IMG/VR virus record: IMGVR_UViG_3300035698_029829 | Location: 71,427 to 135,426 of that record | Length of the DNA stretch: 64,000 nt | DNA from: a virus | Lineage: Duplodnaviria > Heunggongvirae > Uroviricota > Caudoviricetes | Reading direction: 5' to 3' (one strand) | Part shown: positions 27,703-37,224 of the stretch, piece after piece | Layout: each line of letters begins with the position of its first letter | How positions within the stretch are numbered: the first letter of the stretch is position 1 | Translations under genes and position numbers: made by a program | Notes under the pieces: generated by a model | Database searches by the model: none | What the model was told of the DNA's origin: nothing | What the model saw: the letters and a program-made list of their open reading frames with translations, nothing else

Positions 27703-28331
27703 CAGTTGGACTCCGCTACCTGTAGAATCTGTTCCAGAACTTCAGGGGTAAAACCCAAGAGGTACAGATTGTGTATCATCGCCCCCATGGCAAGGCCCTC
27801 AATCAGATCGTCATCAGCCGCGAAGTTGCATTCCCAATCGCCCAGGTGTGGCTCGCCCTCGAACGGGCGCTCGATGTTCGCCACGTATGTCTCGGCGCTG
27901 TCGATGAGCCCGTCGAATAGAGCAGCCAGCAACACCTCGCGGCTCCCGGCTACCTCGCCTTCTTCCAACTCGTTGTTCTCGAAGCCACCCTGCGCCGGTA
28001 TGGAAGCCGTGTAAGCCTCGCTAAAAACGACCGCCCCTACGACCCGCCTCTCTCCAATCAAAAGACCAGCCTTCGTAATGAGATCCACGAGAACGTGCTT
28101 CTGTATATTGTGCGGCCATTTATTGATTTCCACAAGTTCGTAGGTGCCATCGGACAATCGAAGCACCAGAACGGGCGGGCTTTGCTCACCCTTCGTCAGG
28201 ACATACTCGATCTTCTTCCGCACAATGCCCCAAGCATCGTCAAACACCAACATCCCGAGCGTCACAAGATCTTCGCTCTTGTCCTTGATTAGGGTGGTCA
28301 CTGCTTGCTGAATTTTTTCAGGCATCTCCAT
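27702..28331 (-). CDS. hypothetical protein
   Basis: 209-aa ORF with GGAGGTGA RBS and promoter motif upstream. Confidence 0.5.
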   Translation of the reverse strand: MEMPEKIQQAVTTLIKDKSEDLVTLGMLVFDDAWGIVRKKIEYVLTKGEQSPPVLVLRLSDGTYELVEINKWPHNIQKHVLVDLITKAGLLIGERRVVGAVVFSEAYTASIPAQGGFENNELEEGEVAGSREVLLAALFDGLIDSAETYVANIERPFEGEPHLGDWECNFAADDDLIEGLAMGAMIHNLYLLGFTPEVLEQILQVAESN

Positions 28332-28349
28332 AACCTCACCTCCACCGCC

Positions 28350-28385
28350 AGGCTATCAAATTACAAGGAGTTTGTCAAGAGTTTT
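28350..28385 (-). promoter_or_regulatory. conserved sigma70-like promoter
   Basis: TTGACAAACTCCTTGTAATTTGATAGCCT on minus strand. Confidence 0.55.
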
Positions 28386-28386
28386 G

Positions 28387-28881
28387 TTATAGAGGCGGAT
28401 AGACCAACACGAGGAACGGGAGCGCCTCCAGGGCCTCCAAAATCAACGGCCGCACATCATTCCAGGCAAGCCCCCCATTAGCGCAGCCAAGCGCAGGTAC
28501 CGCCACCGAAATAACGCCAAGCGTAGGAAGCACTTTCACCAAACTCACGAGCCCAGCACGCACGTCATCAAGCCTCGACGGCTCACGCCAATGACGTTTG
28601 GTCGGCAGATTCACAACGAAGCGCGGACCCTCCGGCGGCCACAAACCGGTTGCCGAGATGAAAATATGACCCGGCGCGACGAGGCCAACCTCGCAAGCGT
28701 ACCGATAGTCGGCGTAAACCTTCGGGAAGCGCCGCTTCACAGCGAGGGCGATGCCCTTCCCCATGACGCTCACACAGTTTACGGTATTAACCAGCGCCTC
28801 CGCACCAGACGCGAAGATGTCGCCGGTCGTCTCAACGATCATCGTCAACCCTTGATGGTGTTCGGGTACTTCTCGACCCAT
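28387..28881 (-). CDS. macro-domain (ADP-ribose binding/hydrolase) protein
   Basis: 'ALVNTVNCVSVMGKGIALAVKRRFP' (cf. 'VNAAN..L.GGGVAGAI'), 'GCANGGL'. Confidence 0.6.
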   Translation of the reverse strand: MGREVPEHHQGLTMIVETTGDIFASGAEALVNTVNCVSVMGKGIALAVKRRFPKVYADYRYACEVGLVAPGHIFISATGLWPPEGPRFVVNLPTKRHWREPSRLDDVRAGLVSLVKVLPTLGVISVAVPALGCANGGLAWNDVRPLILEALEALPFLVLVYPPL

Positions 28882-29162
28882 ACCCAGATTTCCAGGAACT
28901 TCCCATCCTCGCTGAACTTGGAGAAATACCCCGGCTTTGTGATCCTAGTGCCGGAGTCAAACAAAGCAGCGACAAGTTGGTGCTTAGCCTGCGTTAATTC
29001 CGCGAGGAAATCCGCTTTCATACTTGCAATGTTCTCATCGACCGCCGCCTGGACCGAGCTGATCGTCAGACCACCCGTTAGGGCGGTGGGATAGCCGTGC
29101 TTTTCGTATCTACGACCGGCGTACTCGAACGCCTCAGCGAGGTCGTCCAGTAGGTTGGTCAA
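28845..29162 (-). CDS. hypothetical protein, N-terminus abuts IS right end (possibly truncated)
   Basis: Only a TTG start, located at the IS#1 boundary; begins with the TTGACCAAC promoter-like remnant. Confidence 0.3.
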   Translation of the reverse strand: MTNLLDDLAEAFEYAGRRYEKHGYPTALTGGLTISSVQAAVDENIASMKADFLAELTQAKHQLVAALFDSGTRITKPGYFSKFSEDGKFLEIWVWVEKYPNTIKG

Positions 29163-30392
29163 TTACCCACGAATAAATTCGTGGGCTTGTAACTGAGGGA
29201 CACCACATGTGCAGAACTCGCTACCTTATCGGTCCTGAAACCGATGTTCGGCTGATTGACGACAGCCCTCGCACGGATGTTCCGTGCGGCGATGTGATCG
29301 GCTGGGCCAGCAGAACCGCAGTCGATGCACTGAAATTCATCCCTGGTCGGTCGGTTCCGTTTATCGACCGACCCACAGATTGGACAAGTTTGACTGGTGT
29401 AGGCCGGATCAACAAAGACCACGGGAACACCGACCAATTTAGCCTTGTAGGAAACAAAGGTTTGCAGTTGTCCAAATCCCCAATTTCCCAAACGTGCCCG
29501 CTGACGGCGGCTGGCCTTAATTCGAGATCGGATACCACTCAAATCTTCGAGAGCGATAGTCCGGCTCGTAGCGTTCGCCGTTTGCACGATGGATTTAGAG
29601 ACGACATGATTAACGTTCTTTTGAAATCTGGATTGCTTGCCGGAAATCTGGCGGAGTTTTCGCTTGGCTGCCTTGGTTCCTTTTCGTTGCAGGTTCTTCC
29701 GTCGATGAGTGTGTTTCTGACGTTTCTTTTCAACAGCCTCACCGGAGTAAGTTTTCCCGTCGCTATCGACGGCGAGGTTGACGATGCCGCAATCGACACC
29801 GAGAACGTCAGTGGTTTTGATAAGATCGGGCTCATCTATGTCACAGACGACAGCGAGATACCATTTGCCGCGAATAAACATCAGGTCAATTTCGCCTTTG
29901 CGGAAGGGCAAGAGTTTCCGCTGTCGTTCACCGCAGACGAAAGGGATTTTTGTTCGACCGCCGATGACCCACAAACTTACTTCGTCGTCTTTGACAAAGC
30001 GGAGGATGCGACTGTCGTAGGGTTGGGCGGCGTGTTCACGAAAGGTTCGTTTAACCTTCCGGTCGAGTTTATAGGCGTCGGCAACTTTGGCAATGCAACG
30101 GACGGCGGCTTGGGCGGTCATCTCAAACCGTTCACGAACTTCGTAGTAAGCAAGTTTGTGGAGATCGTACTGTCGAAAGACCCCGGCTTTCCAGCCAGCT
30201 TCGGACAGCCAGTTACAAGCAGCATTGCATGCTTCCAGTGTACGCCTGAGCAACTCGGCCTGCTCGGTAGATGGTATCAATTTGAGATTTACGACGAGTT
30301 TCATGCGTCAAGTATAGATATCGTCAAACAGGAAGTCAATAAGAATAAGCAATTCCTCCCACGGATAAATCCGTGGGTTTCCTTGCTGGGGG
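29155..30392 (-). mobile_element. IS200/IS605-family element, tnpB-only (IS1341-like), copy 1
   Basis: Subterminal hairpins CCCACGAATAAATTCGTGGG (29166-29185) and CCCACGGATAAATCCGTGGG (30358-30377) flank a TnpB gene; internal TTGACT-17-TATACT promoter before tnpB ATG. Confidence 0.8.
29159..30304 (-). CDS. tnpB: TnpB (IS605 OrfB-family RNA-guided nuclease)
   Basis: 'LKLIPSTEQ' N-term; RuvC 'LGVDCGIVNLA', 'IALEDL'; C-term 'DPAYTSQTCPICG..CIDCG..DADHIAARNI'. Confidence 0.85.
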   Translation of the reverse strand: MKLVVNLKLIPSTEQAELLRRTLEACNAACNWLSEAGWKAGVFRQYDLHKLAYYEVRERFEMTAQAAVRCIAKVADAYKLDRKVKRTFREHAAQPYDSRILRFVKDDEVSLWVIGGRTKIPFVCGERQRKLLPFRKGEIDLMFIRGKWYLAVVCDIDEPDLIKTTDVLGVDCGIVNLAVDSDGKTYSGEAVEKKRQKHTHRRKNLQRKGTKAAKRKLRQISGKQSRFQKNVNHVVSKSIVQTANATSRTIALEDLSGIRSRIKASRRQRARLGNWGFGQLQTFVSYKAKLVGVPVVFVDPAYTSQTCPICGSVDKRNRPTRDEFQCIDCGSAGPADHIAARNIRARAVVNQPNIGFRTDKVASSAHVVSLSYKPTNLFVGN

Positions 30393-30487
30393 CATCATGA
30401 CTACACCGTTGTACTTCTCGACGGAGAAACGGCAGATAAGCCTCGTAGTTGCTCCGGTTTCTTGTGGTTTTGTCACACTTGCCTCCG

Positions 30488-30985
30488 TCAATCGTCACTC
30501 TTCGGAAAGGGCATCCTTCGGTTACCGCCCGGCCCCGGGAACTCCACGGCGTGTTTATTGGCGAACGCTCGGGCGTGCCTCGTACACAACCTCTTTCCCG
30601 GCGTCACCACCTGGCCGTCCCCCTTCGCACGATAGCTGTAATAGGCCATGTAGGTGGCGCGGCCGTCGCAGTCGCGGAGGCTGCAATACCCCTTACTCTT
30701 GGTATTGATGGGTTCCACGCGGTGATCCCAGGAACGCGAACCATCCGTCTTCGGCAGGTGCACGCCTTGCTGAGTAGCCTCCACAGCCGCACAGCGCTCA
30801 CAAAGACTACGTTCCACACGCTCATCCGTCTGTCCTCCATTCGGTCGGTCGAAGGAGATCACAAAGCGTGCCTTTGCGCCACAATTGTCAACCGCGCACC
30901 TCCCTGCGGGATCTCGCTTCGAGATGCGCCGAACAGCCCAGTTTTTCAGCTTCTTACTCAAGCGCCACCCCCTTCGTCGTTCCAA
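30488..30985 (-). CDS. hypothetical Cys-rich protein
   Basis: 165-aa ORF 'CAVDNCG...CERC...CSLRDC'. Confidence 0.4.
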   Translation of the reverse strand: MERRRGWRLSKKLKNWAVRRISKRDPAGRCAVDNCGAKARFVISFDRPNGGQTDERVERSLCERCAAVEATQQGVHLPKTDGSRSWDHRVEPINTKSKGYCSLRDCDGRATYMAYYSYRAKGDGQVVTPGKRLCTRHARAFANKHAVEFPGPGGNRRMPFPKSDD

Positions 30986-31434
30986 CTACCCTGCGGAAGC
31001 AAATGATGGTACGCCTCATCCGAGATATCACCCATCCGGGCCTTGGTGTGTATTATCTCGAAAGCGCGCCACTCGTCGTCGCTGAGACCCTTCTTCCAGG
31101 CTTCCCACCACCGGAACCACTTCCAGTAGTCCGGGTTGGCGACGCCGGTTGTGGCGTCTCGCGGCGGCTTTGGCACGCCAAAACGCGTCACGTGGTCCAC
31201 AATAATCTCAATCTGACGCCGCGCGATAGCGAGCTGTCGCTCGCCATCCACGTCCAATTTAACGCGACCGTGGGCGGCATGATGCTCCGTATGCCAGATC
31301 GCCCCTCCGAGACCGTCGATTGCCAGGTAGAGCGTCACCTCATCACACGAACTCGCCAGTTTCTGGACGCTCTGGAGCACCGCGCGTTCGAGGCCACTGA
31401 GACTATCAAACCCGAAGTTGTCGTCGTATTCCAT
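30958..31434 (-). CDS. hypothetical Trp-rich protein
   Basis: 158-aa ORF. Confidence 0.45.
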   Translation of the reverse strand: MEYDDNFGFDSLSGLERAVLQSVQKLASSCDEVTLYLAIDGLGGAIWHTEHHAAHGRVKLDVDGERQLAIARRQIEIIVDHVTRFGVPKPPRDATTGVANPDYWKWFRWWEAWKKGLSDDEWRAFEIIHTKARMGDISDEAYHHLLPQGSWNDEGGGA

Positions 31435-31444
31435 GAGCGTCTCC

Positions 31445-32494
31445 TTAATTGGCGGGCATCATGATCGGCGGCGCATTACCGTCCGCGATGATGAAGACCT
31501 TGTTCGGCGACTTGGCCATCTCCATCTGTACCTCCAACCACTTCCACGTGAGCAACGACGGCGTCACACCCTGCACGACGATTGCCTGGAAATCACGGAT
31601 ACCGGTAGCCTCAATCCGCTTGCGCTCCGCCTCCTTCTTCTCCCGCAGCAGCGTGAACTCCATCTTCTCGGCCTTCTGCTGCTCAGCGAGCTTCTCCTCG
31701 ATGGCGTCCTTTACCTTCTTGGGTGGCTGGATGTCACGCACCATCACCTGGTCCACGGCAACCACCATCCCGTCGTATTTCCGGTTGGAGATCAGATCCT
31801 TGACGCTGCTGGCCAGGTTGGTCTCGATCTTCATCGCATAGGCGTTTCGCTGAGTAGAGAAAATTTCCTCCCACTTGAACTCGGCCGCTCCACTGCGGAT
31901 CGCCGTCCGAACGCTCGGCCGTATAATATCGTCCACGTACTTCAAACCGAAGGTCTTATAAAGCCACGGCGCATCGGCCGACACCACGTGGTAGGCCACC
32001 GTCACGTCCACCGGTGGCTGAAGGCCGTCCTTCGTGAGTACCGGGATCGAATCGTCCTCTTGCTTAGCTCCTTCGCCGTGTTGGGCCGACATGGTGTAAG
32101 TCTCAGTCCGAGTGCTGATCTCCACGATCTTCGCGAAGGGGTTCTTTATGGCGGGGCCGGGGCTAAGCACGCGGTCGCGCACATTGCCAAGCATGTCCTG
32201 GACACCCACCGTCCCAGCATCGACGAAGGTGATACATGAAATAATCAGGAGAACCAGCGCCAGCACGAACAGTCCCCTCGACGCCAACGTAAACATCCGG
32301 AAGGACGACAACGCCTCATCCACCTTCTCAGCCAACCCCCCCAACCCCCTATCAGTGTACGATTTGGACTGTTGTTGCTGCTGGTTTGCCGTATCATATT
32401 TGGTCTTGAAGTCTCTATACTCCCTCTTCGCCACGCGGCTCAGAAAAAAGACCACCGAAAACACACAAAATGTCAAGATCGAAAACCAAATCAT
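31445..32494 (-). CDS. SPFH/band-7 (HflK/C-like) membrane protein
   Basis: N-terminal TM helices; 'VLTKDGLQPPVDVTVAYHV' SPFH core; C-terminal coiled coil. Confidence 0.6.
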   Translation of the reverse strand: MIWFSILTFCVFSVVFFLSRVAKREYRDFKTKYDTANQQQQQSKSYTDRGLGGLAEKVDEALSSFRMFTLASRGLFVLALVLLIISCITFVDAGTVGVQDMLGNVRDRVLSPGPAIKNPFAKIVEISTRTETYTMSAQHGEGAKQEDDSIPVLTKDGLQPPVDVTVAYHVVSADAPWLYKTFGLKYVDDIIRPSVRTAIRSGAAEFKWEEIFSTQRNAYAMKIETNLASSVKDLISNRKYDGMVVAVDQVMVRDIQPPKKVKDAIEEKLAEQQKAEKMEFTLLREKKEAERKRIEATGIRDFQAIVVQGVTPSLLTWKWLEVQMEMAKSPNKVFIIADGNAPPIMMPAN

Positions 32495-32545
32495 CGCTCG
32501 TCTCCTCGCGCTCCCGCGCTTCTCAGTGTTGCAGAGACCAGACCA

Positions 32546-32581
32546 ACCATATATTTATACGATTGGTTTGTCAAGAGTTTT
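32546..32581 (-). promoter_or_regulatory. conserved sigma70-like promoter
   Basis: TTGACAAACCAATCGTATAAATATATGGT upstream of the SPFH gene. Confidence 0.55.
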
Positions 32582-32743
32582 ATTATTCCCGCTGTGCTCT
32601 CCTTTATGAGTCAGAAACGGTGCGCCCGTCTCGGATCATACAGTCATTCGGTGAGGGGATCGGTTCAAACCCAGCGATCTGCCGCTTGTCGCGCTTCATC
32701 CTTGCCTCTAACTAGATGAAGTAATTGAAACCCATAAGGATTT

Positions 32744-32925
32744 TCATTCCTCACCCCCATCCACCCATCCTGTCTCAATGGACTGTAGCTTCTTTTTTTG
32801 TTTCTCAGAACGCAGCAATTCGCCCACCGACAAACCGCGTTTCTTCACCCGCCTCCGGACACGTATTCTCAAGATCACGAAAGTAACGATGGATGAGACC
32901 ACCATCGAACCTACGAACCAAAGAA
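32744..32925 (-). CDS. small single-pass membrane protein
   Basis: ATG at 32923-25; hydrophobic 'ILWFVGSMVVSSIVTFVILRI' then basic tail. Confidence 0.35.
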
Positions 32926-32936
32926 TAATTTCCATC

Positions 32937-33614
32937 TCAGCACTCCGTGTGATGTTCATAGATTTTCCAGTCGGAATTGAAGGAATCAAAGGAAACCGAA
33001 CCCTCCTCCAGACTGCCCCCGTGTACCATCTTGAAGACCAGGTCGCGGGTAAGCCGGTTGGTACACCGCAGCTCGCGAACCACCTCTGCCAACTCGTCCC
33101 TCCGCACTGTAGCAACATACGCCGCCCACAGTTGGATGGCTCGCCGGTAGGTAAGCACGTCCGCGACACGCGCAGCGAGAACGCCGAACAAATCGACGTA
33201 TTGTTGCCACAAAACCACGAGTGGCTTCGCCTTCTCGACCCCGAGAATCTTAGGCAGTTCACCCACATTGTATTCAGAAGCAGTGTTTTTCAACCTATGC
33301 TCGCACACTCTAGCCGCGTCCTCGATTTTCTCAGCGTCGTAGCGAAAAAACGTGAACCACAGCGCAGCCACGCGGATCTCCGCGTTGAGACCACGCCGTC
33401 CCAAGATTGCCGCCGCCGCCTCACACCGCTCTAAAACACCCTCGATAGTCCGCACACCGTCCTTCCACACCTTGTTGTACAGCTTCTTACGACACCTTTT
33501 GTCGTTGAGGGTAACCTCGTGAGCCTCCCGACAAAATCTCGATAGGTCCTTGAAGTCATGGCGTAAATTCTGCACTAATCTTGCAGCCTGGGCTGCCGCT
33601 CGTCCTTGTTTCAT
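32937..33614 (-). CDS. hypothetical protein
   Basis: 225-aa ORF. Confidence 0.5.
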   Translation of the reverse strand: MKQGRAAAQAARLVQNLRHDFKDLSRFCREAHEVTLNDKRCRKKLYNKVWKDGVRTIEGVLERCEAAAAILGRRGLNAEIRVAALWFTFFRYDAEKIEDAARVCEHRLKNTASEYNVGELPKILGVEKAKPLVVLWQQYVDLFGVLAARVADVLTYRRAIQLWAAYVATVRRDELAEVVRELRCTNRLTRDLVFKMVHGGSLEEGSVSFDSFNSDWKIYEHHTEC

Positions 33615-35413
33615 GATTTGTCCTCCTCGTAGGCCACCCCAGGGATGTCCTCAATGTCAACTTTCTTTACGGCTACGTCGTGCCCCTTCTCCTGACCGAC
33701 ACCGCGCACGTGAAACTTACGCCACCGCAGCTCACGCTGGCTGCGCCTCGGCCCGTAAGGACAGAGCCAAAAGTGCCCACGCACGAAATGAGCGTCCCGT
33801 TTTTTACCGGTGAACTGGCTTGGTTTCTGCGGCTTGAATATCTCCAACGGGCGATAGGTCTTCCCCTCGATCCACAGAAGCGCCCGCAATGGGCGCAAGT
33901 GCTTGCGGCCCTGCTTTTTGAGCCGCCGCAACATGTTCTTTTTCTTGGGAAGGGGATCGGGTTTAAGAACGATCAGTTTAGTCGGCTGCGCCAACGCCGT
34001 AAAGAGAGCGTAAACGCCGTTGAGACACCACTCACGCCGTTCTTTACTGGGGTCGTCGCCCTCGAATTTCACGCACGGCTGCGCACCCGCATCGGATGCC
34101 AGCCAGCGCACCTCCTGCTTCCCAATCATTACGGTGCCGTACTGATACGGCATCTGCTCAGGATCAAAACCCTTCAGATTGTTGTACACCTTCAGCAGTT
34201 CCCCGATCAGTACCTCGTCAACGAGGAGACGCGGCGCACGGTCAAAATCATAAAGTGCAAAAACAGGAGAAAGGATGGAATTTTCGTACAGGCTGTGAGA
34301 CACCATTGGCCGAAGCACTACCCCATCCTGGGCGATTTCCAGTGTCATCAGATAGCCGAGCCCCTTACCCCACAATTCCTTTGAAGCCCGCGAAATGCCG
34401 AGGTCGTCGCGCACGCCAAAGACCTCCTTAGCAACACTCAACAGGCGTTGGTTCGAAGGGTGACCCGCCACGCCCAGAACAAGCCGCACACCGCGCACCT
34501 TCTCCATCTGGTAGATGTGGAAGTAGCAAGGGAGGTTTTGCACGCGCAGCACCATCGGATGCTCGACGCCCCAGTATTCCCTCGGCAGCCACGGCGGAAG
34601 CGGTACCCCCGTTGGCGGCTGGTAGTTCCAGTTCACCTGGTTCTTCTTCTCGCTGGACCGCAGAAAGTCGTTCAGCGTTCGTACCCGTTCGAGGCGCGTC
34701 TGGTTCTGCCGATCCTCGCGCCACGACTCCAGGAACTGCTCAGCCGAGAAAATATGCTTCCCGCCGGGGCTCTTGAAGCGTTCCTCGCGGTTGAGGCCAT
34801 GCTTGACGATGTGCACGAAGCCGCGCTGGCCCGCCTCGGCGAGAAACTTGACGATGCCGACATGGTCCCACGCCTCTTCAGCAACACACCTCGGCATTGA
34901 CATGGCTTTGTCGATGTTAGCGATCTCCGCGACGGGCACGCGTCGGAAGCTGTTGGAGCCGCCCTTGACCCAGTTATTATCATCTCCCCCCACCAGCCGA
35001 TAATCCATCCCCTTGATTTGTTCCAGGATGGAGCGGGGGATGGCGGGCTCTTCGTCGGTCGAGTCGTCGCCTACGAAAAAAGTCCAGGATATGATCGACT
35101 TAATCGGTACGTGTTTGCCGCTGGCGGTGTCGGTGCCAGCGTTGAGCACCGCCGTTATCAGGCTCCACTGAAGTGCGTCGTGCCGAACGACCTCCACGGC
35201 CACGGTCTCGCCGTGAACCTTTTGATCGTAGAGTTTCAGAGTACCGCCGTCACGCCGAAGACGAGCTTGCCACTCGGCCATGACGTTACGATTTACTTCC
35301 TCAGAAGAGACACCCTGCTTCTCAGCGATCCGGCGGATTGCCTCGTACTCAGGGTCCTCCGGTTTGAAGGCCAGCTTTGTCGTGCCGTTCACACTTTTAG
35401 ATTTCTCATCCAT
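33611..35413 (-). CDS. hypothetical large protein (600 aa)
   Basis: ATG (MDEKSK) at 35413; the listed ORF begins at an in-frame TTG. Confidence 0.55.
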   Translation of the reverse strand: MDEKSKSVNGTTKLAFKPEDPEYEAIRRIAEKQGVSSEEVNRNVMAEWQARLRRDGGTLKLYDQKVHGETVAVEVVRHDALQWSLITAVLNAGTDTASGKHVPIKSIISWTFFVGDDSTDEEPAIPRSILEQIKGMDYRLVGGDDNNWVKGGSNSFRRVPVAEIANIDKAMSMPRCVAEEAWDHVGIVKFLAEAGQRGFVHIVKHGLNREERFKSPGGKHIFSAEQFLESWREDRQNQTRLERVRTLNDFLRSSEKKNQVNWNYQPPTGVPLPPWLPREYWGVEHPMVLRVQNLPCYFHIYQMEKVRGVRLVLGVAGHPSNQRLLSVAKEVFGVRDDLGISRASKELWGKGLGYLMTLEIAQDGVVLRPMVSHSLYENSILSPVFALYDFDRAPRLLVDEVLIGELLKVYNNLKGFDPEQMPYQYGTVMIGKQEVRWLASDAGAQPCVKFEGDDPSKERREWCLNGVYALFTALAQPTKLIVLKPDPLPKKKNMLRRLKKQGRKHLRPLRALLWIEGKTYRPLEIFKPQKPSQFTGKKRDAHFVRGHFWLCPYGPRRSQRELRWRKFHVRGVGQEKGHDVAVKKVDIEDIPGVAYEEDKS

Positions 35414-35418
35414 ACGAA

Positions 35419-35796
35419 TCAACCTGCACCACAACCGAGAAGTTTATCAAAAGTTTTTGTACTCCGTCTTTCCAGCTCGACCAGAATACCGAACATATTC
35501 ACCACTACTAACCGCACCTCCCACACCCCCTCGCGCACGCCGTCGCAGGCAAGCACCAACAGCAGCTGGTTCACGACGAAGTGCAACAGCGAATTATCAG
35601 GCAGGGAAGGGAAAGCCTGGCCCTCCGTATCAAGGGCGAGGCAACAAACAGCCGTCGTACCGTTGTAACGAGGAGGCACCGAACCGTTTTCTGGTACCTT
35701 CAATACCTCCTCGACCACGAGCACGCACCCCGTACTAAGACGATTGGCCACCACCGTTGCCCGAGTCACATCGCCCACTCTCATCTTACGGATCAT
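35419..35796 (-). CDS. hypothetical protein
   Basis: 125-aa ORF. Confidence 0.35.
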   Translation of the reverse strand: MIRKMRVGDVTRATVVANRLSTGCVLVVEEVLKVPENGSVPPRYNGTTAVCCLALDTEGQAFPSLPDNSLLHFVVNQLLLVLACDGVREGVWEVRLVVVNMFGILVELERRSTKTFDKLLGCGAG

Positions 35797-36161
35797 GGCG
35801 CTCCCGTCCGACCGTCGAGATCATCAACGACCAACAGCAATTCCATCTGATCGGCGGCCGTTACAGGCCGCACATCCACCTTCCACTTGACGCAGTTGGA
35901 CAGCCGCAAATCCGGACCACTCTGCACCTCAACAACCCGAAGATGTTTACAGTTCTCCAATGCACGTAAGAGCCCATCTTTTTCGACTTGATCTAACGTC
36001 ACTACCAGATCAGCAACCTCCGTGAAAGGGTCATCCGTCGGTTTCACTTTGAGGATGAATCTGTCCGAAGAACGTTGCTCGATCCGACGCACCGTCAAGA
36101 ACTCCGGCGCGCAACCATAGCCCCACACCAGGTCTGTCACTAAACTCCCGCTCCATTTCAT
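35793..36161 (-). CDS. hypothetical protein
   Basis: ATG (MKWSGS) at 36161 preceded by AAGAAGGAGA RBS and the promoter. Confidence 0.45.
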   Translation of the reverse strand: MKWSGSLVTDLVWGYGCAPEFLTVRRIEQRSSDRFILKVKPTDDPFTEVADLVVTLDQVEKDGLLRALENCKHLRVVEVQSGPDLRLSNCVKWKVDVRPVTAADQMELLLVVDDLDGRTGAP

Positions 36162-36183
36162 GGGCGTCTCCTTCTTAAGCCAG

Positions 36184-36219
36184 ATCCTACTAAAATTGAC
36201 CACGTTTGTCAAGAGCTTT
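36184..36219 (-). promoter_or_regulatory. conserved sigma70-like promoter (leftward member of divergent pair)
   Basis: TTGACAAACGTGGTCAATTTTAGTAGGAT. Confidence 0.6.
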
Positions 36220-36231
36220 CATATCAACCTA

Positions 36232-36270
36232 AAAAAGTCTCTTGACAAACTGCACGAGTTTTGGTATAAT
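36232..36270 (+). promoter_or_regulatory. conserved sigma70-like promoter (rightward; only plus-strand copy)
   Basis: AAAAGTCTCTTGACAAACTGCACGAGTTTTGGTATAAT: perfect -35 and -10 with 17-nt spacer. Confidence 0.7.
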
Positions 36271-36338
36271 AGTTGCATATTCGGGTCAATCCAGCTGAAC
36301 CGAGCTAACTAATGATAAGCTGGCAAAGAGGTTTCAAT

Positions 36339-37187
36339 ATGAAGCTCCATAACCGAACGAAGGTGCCCGACGAACTCCTCGAACCCCTCCTAGCCGCCGC
36401 TGCCCGCGCCGTTGGCGCACGATATGCCAAGGTGCCCATCAAAGTAACTCAAGGACACAACTGCGGCTCGCACGGAGAAGCCTGCAAAGTGCTATGGGTG
36501 AAACTATGGGTGCTGAACGGCAAATCAGCGTTCAATAAACGATGGGATCGCGAGATTATCTGCGATGGTGGTTACCTGTCCATAGTGATCACGAACTACC
36601 GCCACCCCTGGGTCCGCGAACACGCCGGGCCGTACACACTAGACATTTTCGAGCTGATGATCCACGAATTCGCCCACATCAAAGACTTCCAAACTGGCCG
36701 CTCACGCGACCTCAACCGACGAAGCTATTGCAAGAGCGGCACCCGCAAGCTCCCCTGGATTCGTCGCCCCATCGAAATCTCCGCCATCAACCAAACGAAC
36801 GACGCCCTGACCCGGGGCGTAGTCGAGCGCAACCTGGACGCCCTAATGCGCCTGGCCTGCTGGCTCGCTTCACAACCGGAATACAAACCACAGAGCAAGC
36901 CAGGTGGTCGCCTCATGAACTTTGCCGAGGCACTCCGCACCATCCAAGAAGAACGAAGGCCCCAGGGCACCGAACTGGTGGAAGTCGATTACGAGGACGG
37001 TCCTACCCTACACACCCAGGAATACCTCGACCGCATCGAAGATGAAGATTGCGATCAAGAGGACAGCGCATGGCCCGCCCCCGACGAGCAGGTTCTCCTG
37101 GACTTCACCAGAGTGCGCTATCTCCTTCGCCATCCCAACACGCGCGAAACGTTATTCGCCGAACCCGCGTGCCGCAACAAAAGATAG
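36339..37187 (+). CDS. hypothetical protein with HEFAH (HExxH) motif
   Basis: ATG after AAGAGG RBS; 'LMIHEFAHIKDF'. Confidence 0.5.
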   Translation: MKLHNRTKVPDELLEPLLAAAARAVGARYAKVPIKVTQGHNCGSHGEACKVLWVKLWVLNGKSAFNKRWDREIICDGGYLSIVITNYRHPWVREHAGPYTLDIFELMIHEFAHIKDFQTGRSRDLNRRSYCKSGTRKLPWIRRPIEISAINQTNDALTRGVVERNLDALMRLACWLASQPEYKPQSKPGGRLMNFAEALRTIQEERRPQGTELVEVDYEDGPTLHTQEYLDRIEDEDCDQEDSAWPAPDEQVLLDFTRVRYLLRHPNTRETLFAEPACRNKR

Positions 37188-37224
37188 CCTGTAAGAAAAC
37201 GATAGATGTCTAAAAGATAAAAGA

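Noticed and set aside
35443-35457. Degenerate motif copy TTTATCAAAAGTTTT (TTGATA -35 on minus strand)
   Set aside because: Lies within the 3' end of CDS 35419..35796 and has a poor -10 (GCAGGT). Possibly a weak internal promoter for 33611..35413, but not counted among the 13 confident copies.
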